Assembly (NCBI GenBank): GCA_963796685.1
Contig: CAWCMR010000010.1
Location: 32,001 to 96,000 of the forward strand
Length of the DNA stretch: 64,000 nucleotides
Reading direction: 5' to 3'
From: an uncultured delta proteobacterium
GTDB taxonomy: Bacteria > Myxococcota_A > Polyangia > Fen-1088
Under the pieces are notes generated by a model. That model was not told the origin of the DNA. It made no database searches and saw only the letters and a program-made list of their open reading frames with translations. A program made the translations under genes and the position numbers. The first letter of the stretch is position 1, and each line of letters begins with the position of its first letter. Of the stretch, positions 34,611 to 43,549 are shown in pieces.

Positions 34611-35261
34611 TTGTCACAATTGCGGGTTCACACATTTTCGGTTTCCATCGATGGTTTTGGCGCGGGTCCCAGGCAAGACCTGGAGCATCCACTTGGCGTG
34701 CGTGGACCCGAGCTCTTCGACTGGTTCTTCCACACGCGAACCTTCCAAAGCATGCACGGCAGCGGCGAGGGTGAAACCGGCGTGGATGACGATGTCTCCG
34801 CGCGAGGGTTCGAGAATATCGGCGCGTGGATCCTCGGCCGCAACATGTTCGGCCCCGTGCGGGGGCCTTGGCCCGACGGCAACTGGCGTGGCTGGTGGGG
34901 CGAGGAGCCGCCCTACCATGTCCCGGTCTTCGTGCTCACCCATCACGCGCGAGCGCCGCTCTCGATGAAGGGCGGAACGGAGTTTCGCTTCGTCACGGAG
35001 GGAATCGAAGCCGCGCTGGCGCAAGCCAAAGAGGCGGCCGGCGAAAAGGACGTGCGCTTGGGGGGCGGCGTGGCCACGATTCGCCAGTATCTGCGCGCCC
35101 GCCTCATCGATGAGCTCCACCTCGCCATCTCGCCGGTCGTGCTCGGCGAGGGCGAGCACCTGCTCGGCGGCCTCGACCTGCGGGCTCTCGGCTATGCGTG
35201 TACGAAGCACACGGCCGGTGGCCGTGCGGCGGCCCACGTGACTCTGCACAAGCAAGCGTAG
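34611..35261 (+). CDS. Dihydrofolate reductase / RibD C-terminal family protein
   Basis: GGAGG plus TTG start; SIDGFGAGP, ILGRNMF, PVFVLTH, GGGVATIRQYL, DELHL. Confidence 0.9.
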   Translation: MSQLRVHTFSVSIDGFGAGPRQDLEHPLGVRGPELFDWFFHTRTFQSMHGSGEGETGVDDDVSARGFENIGAWILGRNMFGPVRGPWPDGNWRGWWGEEPPYHVPVFVLTHHARAPLSMKGGTEFRFVTEGIEAALAQAKEAAGEKDVRLGGGVATIRQYLRARLIDELHLAISPVVLGEGEHLLGGLDLRALGYACTKHTAGGRAAAHVTLHKQA

Positions 35262-35388
35262 CGCAGGCGACGGACCAAGGTGCTCGAAGAGGGCGCTACT
35301 TCAGGACCAAGAATGTGACAGCGGTCTCTTTCTTGTCGGCAGGCCGGGAGTAGCATGGGGAAATCACCACCATGGACGGTCGCAGCTC

Positions 35389-36042
35389 GTGATTTCGCGC
35401 ACCTTGCATCTGGCCAAGCTGGTCGTCGGGTTCGCTTTGGCCATCGGCTGCGGGCGCACCGAAATGGGAGTGCTGGCCCGGGCGGCAGATAGCGGGGCGA
35501 GTGCCGGATTGGCAGGGAGCGAGAGCGGCGGGGCGGGCGGCACGGGTGGAGCCGGCGGAATCGTCCAGACGGGCGGCAGCGGCGTCGAGGTCGGCACCGG
35601 CGGCTCGGGTGGTGTCGCCTCGGGGACGTGTGCCGAGGCCACCTGTCTCACGTCGCTGTTCCAGGCCTGTGTGCCCGAGGGAAGCTGCTCCGTGCAAGGT
35701 GGCGGGAGCCCCAGCGCTTCGTTCAACACCGGCGGCTATGCGAACGGAGTAACGGTGTCCTATCTGGGGAGCTACAGTGGGACGAACCTGACCGATAGCC
35801 TGACGGTCCGGCACAACGGCGTCCTTTGCTACAGCATCGATACCGCGACCCCGATGGACAGCAATGCAGTCACGTACGTGGTCCGCGGCGCCAGCGGCGA
35901 GGAGGTTGCCACCGGAGCCCTCGTCGACAAGACCGGCACCGTCAGCGTGACGTGCAAAGGTAGCCAACCAACCCCCGTCGGCGCCACCTGCCTGAAGCCC
36001 GTCGCCGATAACAGCGGTTGCGAGCTGGGGACGTGTCCCTAG
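35389..36042 (+). CDS. Hypothetical Cys-containing lipoprotein
   Basis: Lipobox AIGC, Gly linker, paired Cys. Confidence 0.7.
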   Translation: MISRTLHLAKLVVGFALAIGCGRTEMGVLARAADSGASAGLAGSESGGAGGTGGAGGIVQTGGSGVEVGTGGSGGVASGTCAEATCLTSLFQACVPEGSCSVQGGGSPSASFNTGGYANGVTVSYLGSYSGTNLTDSLTVRHNGVLCYSIDTATPMDSNAVTYVVRGASGEEVATGALVDKTGTVSVTCKGSQPTPVGATCLKPVADNSGCELGTCP

Positions 36043-36271
36043 CAAACCGAAGGATGCGCCTCACATCGCGCTCCTCAGAAGATTCATCGGCGAGGTGATC
36101 GTTCGCGCCTTTGCCGGATATCCGTGGGTGTGCAATTGACGGCCAGCCAGAATCGTCAGCAACATTATGGCCCAGTATTCCTGGTAGAGCTTCACCAGAT
36201 GCTCCCTCCCCGATAGATTGCTCTTCCCCATTTGATTTGAATCTTCTCCTGGCACCGATACTAACCTCGGA

Positions 36272-36436
36272 GCGATGCCGCCGGCGACGAAGACCAGGTT
36301 CTTGCCTTTCCACTTTTCGAGGGAAACATGTTGCCGTAGGAGCCGCGGAATCCGATGATGTCGCCGAGGTCTTCGTCGGCTAGGCTGCTACTCACCCGGC
36401 CGGTTTCGCGGAAGGTGCGCTCGATGTAGCCCTTGC
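36272..36436 (-). pseudogene. Decayed internal fragment of a flxA homolog
   Basis: Aligns by eye to 40669-40834 (GYIExTFRETGRVxSSLAD...GFRGxYGN...NLVFVAGGIA) with a net 1-nt deletion. Confidence 0.88.
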
Positions 36437-36586
36437 GCGTGTGTGAGCGGGCGGTGCGGCAGGAAACGGCGATGACGTGTCCTACCCCGCTCTCGACGAC
36501 TTTCGGCAAGGCCGCTCAGCGTCAGTGTGTTTCTGTAAATGCGAAATTATCTGGATCCCGATGTTGTTTCATGGGATAACATTTCC

Positions 36587-37723
36587 ATGAGCGAGAAAAC
36601 CGGTGGGCTCTCGTTGACCCAGGGCGCAGTGGGGGAACGGCTCCGTGTCGCGCGCGAGCGGCGCGGGCTCAGCCAGGGGCAGGCATCGGCAATGGCGAAA
36701 GTTGGGGTGTCCTCGCTTTCCGATTTCGAAAACGGCAAGCGCGCGCCCAGCCTCGACCAGCTGAGCGCGCTCGCTGCTGCCTACGACCAGCCACTGACCT
36801 TCTTCTTCGAGGACAGCCCCACCAAAGAGGTCGTACTGTGGCGGCAGCGACCAACCGCGGGGGCAGAAGAACACGCAAGTCGGTTTCTCAAGTGGTGCCG
36901 CTGGTATCGCGATCTCGAGGTGTGGTGCAAGGACGAAACGGCCTGCCCGGTACCGGATCTTGCCAAGGTGCCCGCGAGCTTCGGTGCTGCCGAGCGACTC
37001 GCCCTCGACATCCGGAGCCAACTCGATCTTGGCGACTACCCTGCTCCGATCCTGCTCAAGGTTCTGGAAGAGAAGTGGGGGGTGAAGGTGTTTCACCAAG
37101 AATTCGAGCCCACGGGCACCGCCGCCAGTTCCAGGGATGACTCCTTCGGAGCCGCGATTTTGTTGAACGCGAAGTCGAGTCGACGGCGCAGGAACTTCGA
37201 TCTGGCGCACGAGCTCTTTCACCTGCTGACGTGGAAAGCGTTTCGTGCCGAGAGCCCCGAGACCAGCACCGATCTCGAGGAAAAGCTGGCCAATAAGTTC
37301 GCATCGGTCCTGCTCCTGCCCGAGGAAAAGCTGAAGGCCGCGATCGGCGATCGCTGCGTGGAGAACCGCCTTCCCCTGCCGGCTGCCATCGACCTCGCTC
37401 GCGCCTTCGATGTTTCCATTGATGCGCTCATCTGGCGGTGGCACGGCATGGCCGTGAAAAACGACGCCGTTGCCGACGAAGAACGCACGCGCGCCCTGAT
37501 CGAGAAGGCACGTGCCCTGAGCCGCCTGTCCGACGAGTCGTCCGCGGATCCGCCACCGAGCCGACCCGAACGCTTCCGCGATCTGGCTGTGCGTGCTCTA
37601 CGTAACGCCGAGATCTCGATAGGCCGCTTCGCCGAGTACATGGGGATCTCACGTCAGGCCGCCATGGCCTACGTCGACGAGGAGGCCGGCGGTGACGAAG
37701 CGTTTGAGCTTTCTGCTTCTTGA
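36587..37723 (+). CDS. XRE HTH plus ImmA/IrrE-family Zn metallopeptidase
   Basis: RLRVARERRGLSQ...SDFENGKRAPS HTH; RRNFDLAHELFH (HExxH); EKLANKFASVLLLP. Confidence 0.92.
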   Translation: MSEKTGGLSLTQGAVGERLRVARERRGLSQGQASAMAKVGVSSLSDFENGKRAPSLDQLSALAAAYDQPLTFFFEDSPTKEVVLWRQRPTAGAEEHASRFLKWCRWYRDLEVWCKDETACPVPDLAKVPASFGAAERLALDIRSQLDLGDYPAPILLKVLEEKWGVKVFHQEFEPTGTAASSRDDSFGAAILLNAKSSRRRRNFDLAHELFHLLTWKAFRAESPETSTDLEEKLANKFASVLLLPEEKLKAAIGDRCVENRLPLPAAIDLARAFDVSIDALIWRWHGMAVKNDAVADEERTRALIEKARALSRLSDESSADPPPSRPERFRDLAVRALRNAEISIGRFAEYMGISRQAAMAYVDEEAGGDEAFELSAS

Positions 37724-38222
37724 CGCCAACATCATCATCGAGCTGTGGCGGCTTGGCCTGTGGAGCAAGGTCGTCGAGCTTTGCGACATCCACGTTGGAA
37801 AGACCGTGGTTGGTGAAGCCAACTTCTTCCTGGACGCAAGCGGAAACCACGTTGCCATCGATCTGAGCGTCGACATCGCAAGCCAGCGGATCCAGGTCTT
37901 CCAGGTCGAATTCCCCGAGCTCGACGAGTTTCGAAACCAATACGATCCTTCGTACCTCGCCAAGCTGGATCCGGGCGAGACAGAGGCCTTGGTCAAGCTG
38001 CTGAGCCTTCCATCGGACTGGCGGCTCTGCTCGGCGGACGGCATCGTGTTCAAGGTGCTTGCGAATGTTCGGCGGAGCGAGCAAGGGATCTCCCTTGAGG
38101 AGGTCCTTGGCCAGGTGGGAATGTCGCGACCGCTAAGGAAGCAATACACGAAGGAATTTCGAACGGAGAAGACCAGGCTGGGGGCGATCGATTCGATTCA
38201 GAACAGGGTGAGGAAGGTGTAG
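37692..38222 (+). CDS. PIN-like domain protein (putative toxin)
   Basis: LLLDANIII, LDPGETEAL and CSAD acidic motifs; overlaps the upstream gene. Confidence 0.75.
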   Translation: MTKRLSFLLLDANIIIELWRLGLWSKVVELCDIHVGKTVVGEANFFLDASGNHVAIDLSVDIASQRIQVFQVEFPELDEFRNQYDPSYLAKLDPGETEALVKLLSLPSDWRLCSADGIVFKVLANVRRSEQGISLEEVLGQVGMSRPLRKQYTKEFRTEKTRLGAIDSIQNRVRKV

Positions 38223-38325
38223 CGATCTGTGCGCCGGGAACTGCAACTCGGTGAGCCGCTACGATGGTCGGGATTTCTTATTGGTGCTTCTCGGCAGTGG
38301 TTGGGGAGAAGTTGCGTGAAAAAGT

Positions 38326-38491
38326 ACCCTCGGAGGGGATCCGACCCTCGGAGGGGATTTCCAAAAAGCACCGAGGGCAGGGATCCCTCACGCCTGCATT
38401 CACCGCTGCCCCTTCGAAGTTGACGCGAATCTAAATTGGGTTCCCTAAATTGGGTTCCTGGCACCTCCCTCGGGCGGCACCTCCCTCGGGC
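38326..38491. repeat. Three separate short duplications in one intergenic region
   Basis: ACCCTCGGAGGGGAT at 38326 and 38344; CTAAATTGGGTTCC at 38431 and 38445; GGCACCTCCCTCGGGC at 38460 and 38476. Confidence 0.9.
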
Positions 38492-38548
38492 AGCTCGGGC
38501 TGCCATCTCGTTTTGCCAGCGCCTCGGTGATGAAGTAGTCTCCGCAGC

Positions 38549-39700
38549 ATGAGTTCGCCATTAACTCTTTCAATTCGAAATTTCGCCCAGCTCTCCAGCG
38601 TCAATCTTGAGTTGGGTGACCTCACAGTGGTAGTCGGTGCGCAGGGAACTGGCAAGAGCCTGGCCTTGCAATGGCTGAAGGCGGCGATCGATGGAAAGCA
38701 GATTGTTGATGCTCTCCAGGAGGCGGGGCAGGACACGAAGAAGCCAGAAGCACTTATCGACCTCATTTTCGGAGTTGGGATGGCGCAGGCATGGGATCCT
38801 CACAACACCGCGGTGTCTTTCGACGGTCGGTCTATTCAGCCTTCGCTTCTTCGAAAACGCGGGAATGGCGAGGAGAAGGTCTTCTTCATTCCTGCCCATC
38901 GGGCGATGCTTATCAGCGATGGTTGGGCGGCACCCTTTCAGAAGCTGACAGCCGAGGTCCCCATCGTTGCGAGGCTCTTCAGCCATGAGCTCTTCACGTT
39001 GTTCAGTTCGCGAGATCAGGAAAGGCTCTTCCCGCTGAATCGGCTTCTCAAGAGCGAGTATCGCACGCTTATCAACGATGCCGTCTTTCACGGCGGAACG
39101 GTTGCCGTGGAACAAGACCAACAGCACGCGAAGAGATTGAAGCTCACTCATGGCAAATCGCAACTTCCGTTCATGACCTGGACGGCCGGCCAACGCGAAT
39201 TCACGCCCTTGTTGCTAGGGCTCTACCACTTGCTTCCTCCCCGTAGGCTCGTGAAGCAACCCGACATCGAATGGGTTGTCATCGAAGAGCCCGAAATGGG
39301 GCTCCATCCTCAAGCGATTTCGGTCTTCATGTTGCTCGTCCTCGATCTACTTTGGCGGGGGTATCGTGTCGTGTTGTCCACTCACTCTCCGCTTGTGTTG
39401 ACAGTAGTATGGATGCTCCGTCGCCTGAGCGAGAAAGGGGCTCGCTGGCAGCTCATTTGTGATGCATTCGGAGCCAATAGGACCGCGCTGAAGAAAGTCG
39501 CGGAGGCAGCGCTCACCAAGGAATATAGAACGCACTTGCTATCTTTCCAGAAGGACGGGAAAGTGAGCTCCAAGGACATATCGACATTGGATCCGGGATC
39601 TGACGATGATGAAGTTTCCGGTTGGGGGGGGCTTTCCGGATTTGCATCGCATTTTGGAGATGCCGTACGTCTCGCCGCAAACGAGCATGAGGCGGAATGA
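38549..39700 (+). CDS. ABC-type ATPase (AAA_15/AAA_21, defence-associated type)
   Basis: SIRNF, GAQGTGKS, FIPAHR, TAGQRE, IEEPEMGLHP, STHSP; no TM partner. Confidence 0.88.
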   Translation: MSSPLTLSIRNFAQLSSVNLELGDLTVVVGAQGTGKSLALQWLKAAIDGKQIVDALQEAGQDTKKPEALIDLIFGVGMAQAWDPHNTAVSFDGRSIQPSLLRKRGNGEEKVFFIPAHRAMLISDGWAAPFQKLTAEVPIVARLFSHELFTLFSSRDQERLFPLNRLLKSEYRTLINDAVFHGGTVAVEQDQQHAKRLKLTHGKSQLPFMTWTAGQREFTPLLLGLYHLLPPRRLVKQPDIEWVVIEEPEMGLHPQAISVFMLLVLDLLWRGYRVVLSTHSPLVLTVVWMLRRLSEKGARWQLICDAFGANRTALKKVAEAALTKEYRTHLLSFQKDGKVSSKDISTLDPGSDDDEVSGWGGLSGFASHFGDAVRLAANEHEAE

Positions 39701-40149
39701 CAACCCCCATTCGGTCGTTGCTTGCTCTCGCCAGCCCGCTGATTCACTCAGTACTTCCAGGCCTGAAAGCCCTTTCGTCGACAGAGTATATCGACGAAAG
39801 CATTCGGGTACGATTCTCGGATAGCTTGGACTTGGACAAAGCCCTACAAAGTCAATTCCCAGAGGATCACCGGTGGGACTATCTGCTCGGATTAGGAAAT
39901 CCCTCTGTTGTCGTCGGCCTCGAAGCCCACACGGCTCACACCGATCAGGTGTCGGTCGTAATTGCCAAGCGCGCGGCGGCCATTCGCCAGCTACGCGGTC
40001 ACCTGAGGAAGGGCCGCAGTGTGGGTCTCTGGTTGTGGGTTGCCTCGGGCCGGGTCGACTTCGACCCGTACGAAAAGGCCAGACGTAGACTTGAAGAGAA
40101 TGGAATCATGTTCGTTGGCAAGCGTGTCTTGGAGAAGCATCTAGGGTAG
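39697..40149 (+). CDS. Hypothetical protein, possible PD-(D/E)xK-like nuclease fold
   Basis: ATGA overlap with the ATPase; RWDYLLG...VGLEAH spacing. Confidence 0.65.
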   Translation: MTTPIRSLLALASPLIHSVLPGLKALSSTEYIDESIRVRFSDSLDLDKALQSQFPEDHRWDYLLGLGNPSVVVGLEAHTAHTDQVSVVIAKRAAAIRQLRGHLRKGRSVGLWLWVASGRVDFDPYEKARRRLEENGIMFVGKRVLEKHLG

Positions 40150-40196
40150 GAAAGGCCTCTCATCCTACGAACTGACTCCGAAGTAGATGTTGGCGC

Positions 40197-41036
40197 CTAA
40201 TACTCCGCCGGGAGCTTCTCCAGCTCCGCCAGCGTGTACACCGGCCCGTCTTTGCACACGTAGCTCTTGCCCGTGTTACATCGCCCGCACTTGCCCAACC
40301 CGCACTTCATGCGGTTTTCAAGTGTCGTGTAGATCTCGCCTTTGCCAAACCCTAGCTTCGCCAGCACGGGCAAGGTCAGCTTGATCATGATGGGGGGGCC
40401 GCAGACGATGGCCACGCTGTTGGTGGCGGGCGGGGCGATTTGCTCGACGATGTGGGGGACGAAGCCTATCTTGCCGGTCCAGCCGAGCTTTTCGCCTCCG
40501 GGATCGACGGTGACCACCAGCTTCATGTCGCTGCGCTTGCCCCAGTCCTCGAGCTCGTGCTTGTAGACGAGATCGTTGACGCCGCGGGCGCCGTAGACCA
40601 CGGTGATGTCTTTGAACCAGTCGCGCAGGTCGAGGCAGTTCCAGATCACGCTGCGCAGAGGGGGCAGGGCGATGCCGCCGGCGACGAAGACGAGGTTCTT
40701 GCCCTTCCACTTCTCGAGCGGGAAAACGTTGCCGTAGGGGCCGCGGAAACCGACGATGTCGCCCACGTCTTTGTCGGCCAGGCTGCTGGTCACGCGCCCG
40801 GTCTCGCGGAAGGTACACTCGATGTAGCCCTTGCTGCGCGTGGGGGACGAGGCGATGCAGAAGGTGCTCTCGCCTTCGCCGAAGGCGCTGTACAGGCCGA
40901 ATTGCCCGGTGGTGAAGGTGAAGGCGGCGGCTTCCTCGGGGTTGGTGAACTCGAGCTTGAAGGTGCGCACCGAGGGGGCCTCGTCGGTGATGGCGGCAAT
41001 GCGCATGAGGTAGGGCTTGTAGATGTTTGCTTCCAT
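40197..41036 (-). CDS. flxA: FAD/NAD(P)-binding [2Fe-2S] subunit FlxA (AsrB/HydG-like)
   Basis: RGPYGN, VAGGIAL, CGPPIM, LENRMKCGLGKCGRC...CKDGPV. Confidence 0.9.
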   Translation of the reverse strand: MEANIYKPYLMRIAAITDEAPSVRTFKLEFTNPEEAAAFTFTTGQFGLYSAFGEGESTFCIASSPTRSKGYIECTFRETGRVTSSLADKDVGDIVGFRGPYGNVFPLEKWKGKNLVFVAGGIALPPLRSVIWNCLDLRDWFKDITVVYGARGVNDLVYKHELEDWGKRSDMKLVVTVDPGGEKLGWTGKIGFVPHIVEQIAPPATNSVAIVCGPPIMIKLTLPVLAKLGFGKGEIYTTLENRMKCGLGKCGRCNTGKSYVCKDGPVYTLAELEKLPAEY

Positions 41037-41039
41037 GGC

Positions 41040-42053
41040 TCAACCCTGGGTGGCGGCTTCTGCGAGGTGCTGCTTCAGGTTCATGTCGACGGGGCAGGCG
41101 CGCGAGCACTTGCCGCAGCCCACGCAGCCGAGGGTGCCCAGGCGCTCGGGGTAGTACGCGAACTTGTGGTACACGCGCTGGCGCCAGCGCTGGCTCTGCT
41201 TGTCGCGCGGGTTGTGGCCGGAGGAGTGCAAGGTGAAGATGCGCATACCGCAACTGTCCCAGGTGCGCAGGCGCTGCCCTTGCTTGGTGTCGGCCTCGTC
41301 TTGAATGTCGAAGCATGCGCACGTCGGGCACACGAAGGCGCAGGCGCCGCAGCCGAGGCAGCGCAGGCTCTGCTCGGCCCACAGCGGGCTGTCGAACTTG
41401 GCGGCGAGCTTCTGTTGCAAGGCCTTGGCGTCGAAGGCGGGGGCGACGGTGGCGGGCGGCACCACATCGGCTTGGCCCGACAGCAGCTTGAAGGCATCTT
41501 TTGCAAGGGCGACCAGGGACCGGCCCTTCTCGGTCAGCACCTCGGCGACGAATCCGCCGGCCTTGAGCGGCGAGAGCAGGATGTCGCTGCCTTGCGGGTC
41601 GTCGGGGCGCGAGCCGACGGAGGTGCAGAAGCAAGATTCATCGGCTTGCGTGCAGGACAGACCCACGAGCGTGGTGTTGGCCATGCGCGTGTTGAAGAAC
41701 TTGTCCTTGCTGTCCCAGTTGAACACGACGTCGAGAGCGTGAAAGGCGCGCGCCTCGCACGGGCGCAGACCGAAGAGAACCGTGGGCTGGGCTTGTGGCT
41801 CGACATCGTCGAGGGCGACGTTCTTGCCGCCCTCGAAACGGTACTTGAGCAGGCGCTCGACCTTGGGGAAGACGACGCCTTTGGCCGAGACGACGGATTG
41901 CCCACTCTTGGCGATATCGGCGAAGGTCTTGAGGTCGGCGATCTCGGTGCGGCCGGCGACCAGCTTGGGGCCAAGTAGGCGGCGGCCGGACTTGGCCAGG
42001 GCGGCGAGCAGAGTGCTGATGGCGGATTCGGTTGTGGTGTAGCGGTCAGTCAT
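41040..42053 (-). CDS. flxB: 4Fe-4S subunit FlxB (AsrA-like)
   Basis: FGLRPCE, CFCTS, CLGCGACAFVCPTCACF, CVGCGKCSRACP. Confidence 0.88.
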   Translation of the reverse strand: MTDRYTTTESAISTLLAALAKSGRRLLGPKLVAGRTEIADLKTFADIAKSGQSVVSAKGVVFPKVERLLKYRFEGGKNVALDDVEPQAQPTVLFGLRPCEARAFHALDVVFNWDSKDKFFNTRMANTTLVGLSCTQADESCFCTSVGSRPDDPQGSDILLSPLKAGGFVAEVLTEKGRSLVALAKDAFKLLSGQADVVPPATVAPAFDAKALQQKLAAKFDSPLWAEQSLRCLGCGACAFVCPTCACFDIQDEADTKQGQRLRTWDSCGMRIFTLHSSGHNPRDKQSQRWRQRVYHKFAYYPERLGTLGCVGCGKCSRACPVDMNLKQHLAEAATQG

Positions 42054-42074
42054 GGTTGTGGCTTCCTGCAGGTG

Positions 42075-42269
42075 CCCTCACCCGGCGAGGTGCGCTCGGC
42101 GGCCTCTCGGTGGGTGGGAGTGGGAAGCCCCTCACCCGCCGAGCTGCGCTCGGCGGCCTCTCCCCGCTGCGCGGGGCGAGGCGGGAAGTGGGGGGCGAGG
42201 CGGGAAGTGGGGGCGCGACACTTCCGTCCCCCTCGCCCCGCGCAGCGGGGAGAGGGTTGGGGTGAGGGG
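42075..42269. repeat. REP-like palindromic repeat cluster
   Basis: CCCTCACCC-type units; perfect 25-bp inverted pair 42157-42181 / 42231-42255; GGGCGAGGCGGGAAGTGG x2. Confidence 0.8.
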
Positions 42270-42297
42270 CGGCCGTTCGTGAGCAGAGGCATCTTAC

Positions 42298-43098
42298 CTA
42301 TCGGATGAACGTTTCTTTGTCGTCGGGCTTGAAGGTCGACATGGCGTAGTCGAGCTTGGCGCTGGCGCCGCCCTTTTGGCCGAATTGCCGGCGCACGGTG
42401 CCTTCGGCGAAGAAGGTCAGCAGGTGCACGGGTATGCCGACCGGGCAGGCTGCGCCGCAGGTTCCGCACTGGACGCAGCGGCCGGCCAGATGCATGGCGC
42501 GCACCATGTGGTACTCCAAATTGCCGATGGCGTGGCTGGCGACCGGGATCCACTGTGGGCGATTGCAGTCCATGGTGCAGCGTTCGCAGTAGCACATGGG
42601 GCAGGACGACCGGCAGGCGTAGCACTTCACGCAGCGGCCGAGCTCGCCGGCCCAGAAGGCGCGTCGCTCTTCGACCGACATGGCCGTGAGCTTGTCGATC
42701 ATCGCCTGGTCGGCCGCGGAGATCGCATCCGGCATGGTCGCCACGACTTCTTCGATGGCGTCGAAGGTCGACAATTCGCGAACCGCACCGTCTATCACCG
42801 CCAACGCGAGAACGTTCTCCTCGCGCAATTGCTTCTCCGCCGCCAATTGCAGAATGCTGCGCAGGGTGCTTGGCACCGCGACGATGGCCATGCGGCCCAG
42901 GGCGCGCACCTCATGCTTGGTCAGGTACGTGGCCAGGCTCTGCGCGCAAGCAGCATCCACCACCAAATCGCCCGTGCGCTCGGCCGTGCGCACGAAGATC
43001 GGCCGCCGGCTCTCGCCGGTCCCTTTGCCGTAGCCGATGACGACCTTCACCGCCCCACTCGCCAGCAGCTCTTTGGCCTTGCTCGCCAGCGCTTCCAT
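42298..43098 (-). CDS. flxC: 4Fe-4S subunit FlxC (FdhB-like)
   Basis: CVKCYACRSSCPMCYC, HLAGRCVQCGTCGAACP. Confidence 0.85.
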   Translation of the reverse strand: MEALASKAKELLASGAVKVVIGYGKGTGESRRPIFVRTAERTGDLVVDAACAQSLATYLTKHEVRALGRMAIVAVPSTLRSILQLAAEKQLREENVLALAVIDGAVRELSTFDAIEEVVATMPDAISAADQAMIDKLTAMSVEERRAFWAGELGRCVKCYACRSSCPMCYCERCTMDCNRPQWIPVASHAIGNLEYHMVRAMHLAGRCVQCGTCGAACPVGIPVHLLTFFAEGTVRRQFGQKGGASAKLDYAMSTFKPDDKETFIR

Positions 43099-43535
43099 CA
43101 GTCGATCCCCACGGCGGCAAGTTGCTGCACTTCCTTGTACGGGCCAAGCTCGCGCACCGTGTTGGTGGCTTCGTTGACCAGCTCGGCCCATTTGGCGCCT
43201 TCCGCGGCCGAGACCCACGAGAAGGTCACGCGGCGTAGGTCGATGCCCATGAAGTCCATCAAGTCGCGGAACACCATCCAGCGCCGACGCGCGTGGTAGT
43301 TGCCCGAGGTGTAGTGGCAGTCGTTCGGGTGGCAGCCTGAAATGATGACGCCGTCCGAGCCGCGCGAGAAGGCCTTCATCACCAGCATGAAGTCGATGCG
43401 CCCGGTGCAGGGCAGGCGAATCACGCGCACGTTGGGTTGGTACTTGATGCGGCTGGTGCCGGTGAGATCCGCGCCGGCGTAGGTGCACCAGTTGCACACA
43501 AAGGCGGTCATCTTGGGTTCGAATGGTTCGGCCAT
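43098..43535 (-). CDS. flxD: MvhD/FlxD [2Fe-2S] subunit
   Basis: FVCNWCTYAGAD, PCTGR, GCHPNDCHY, WVSAAEG. Confidence 0.92.
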   Translation of the reverse strand: MAEPFEPKMTAFVCNWCTYAGADLTGTSRIKYQPNVRVIRLPCTGRIDFMLVMKAFSRGSDGVIISGCHPNDCHYTSGNYHARRRWMVFRDLMDFMGIDLRRVTFSWVSAAEGAKWAELVNEATNTVRELGPYKEVQQLAAVGID

Positions 43536-43549
43536 GGTCATTCCACGCG

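Noticed and set aside
36061-36255. 64-aa minus-strand ORF at the island edge
   Set aside because: Atypical composition and no motif; probably decayed junction DNA.
38326-38491. Possible mini-CRISPR array
   Set aside because: Repeat units differ from one another, there are no spacers of consistent length, and there are no cas genes.
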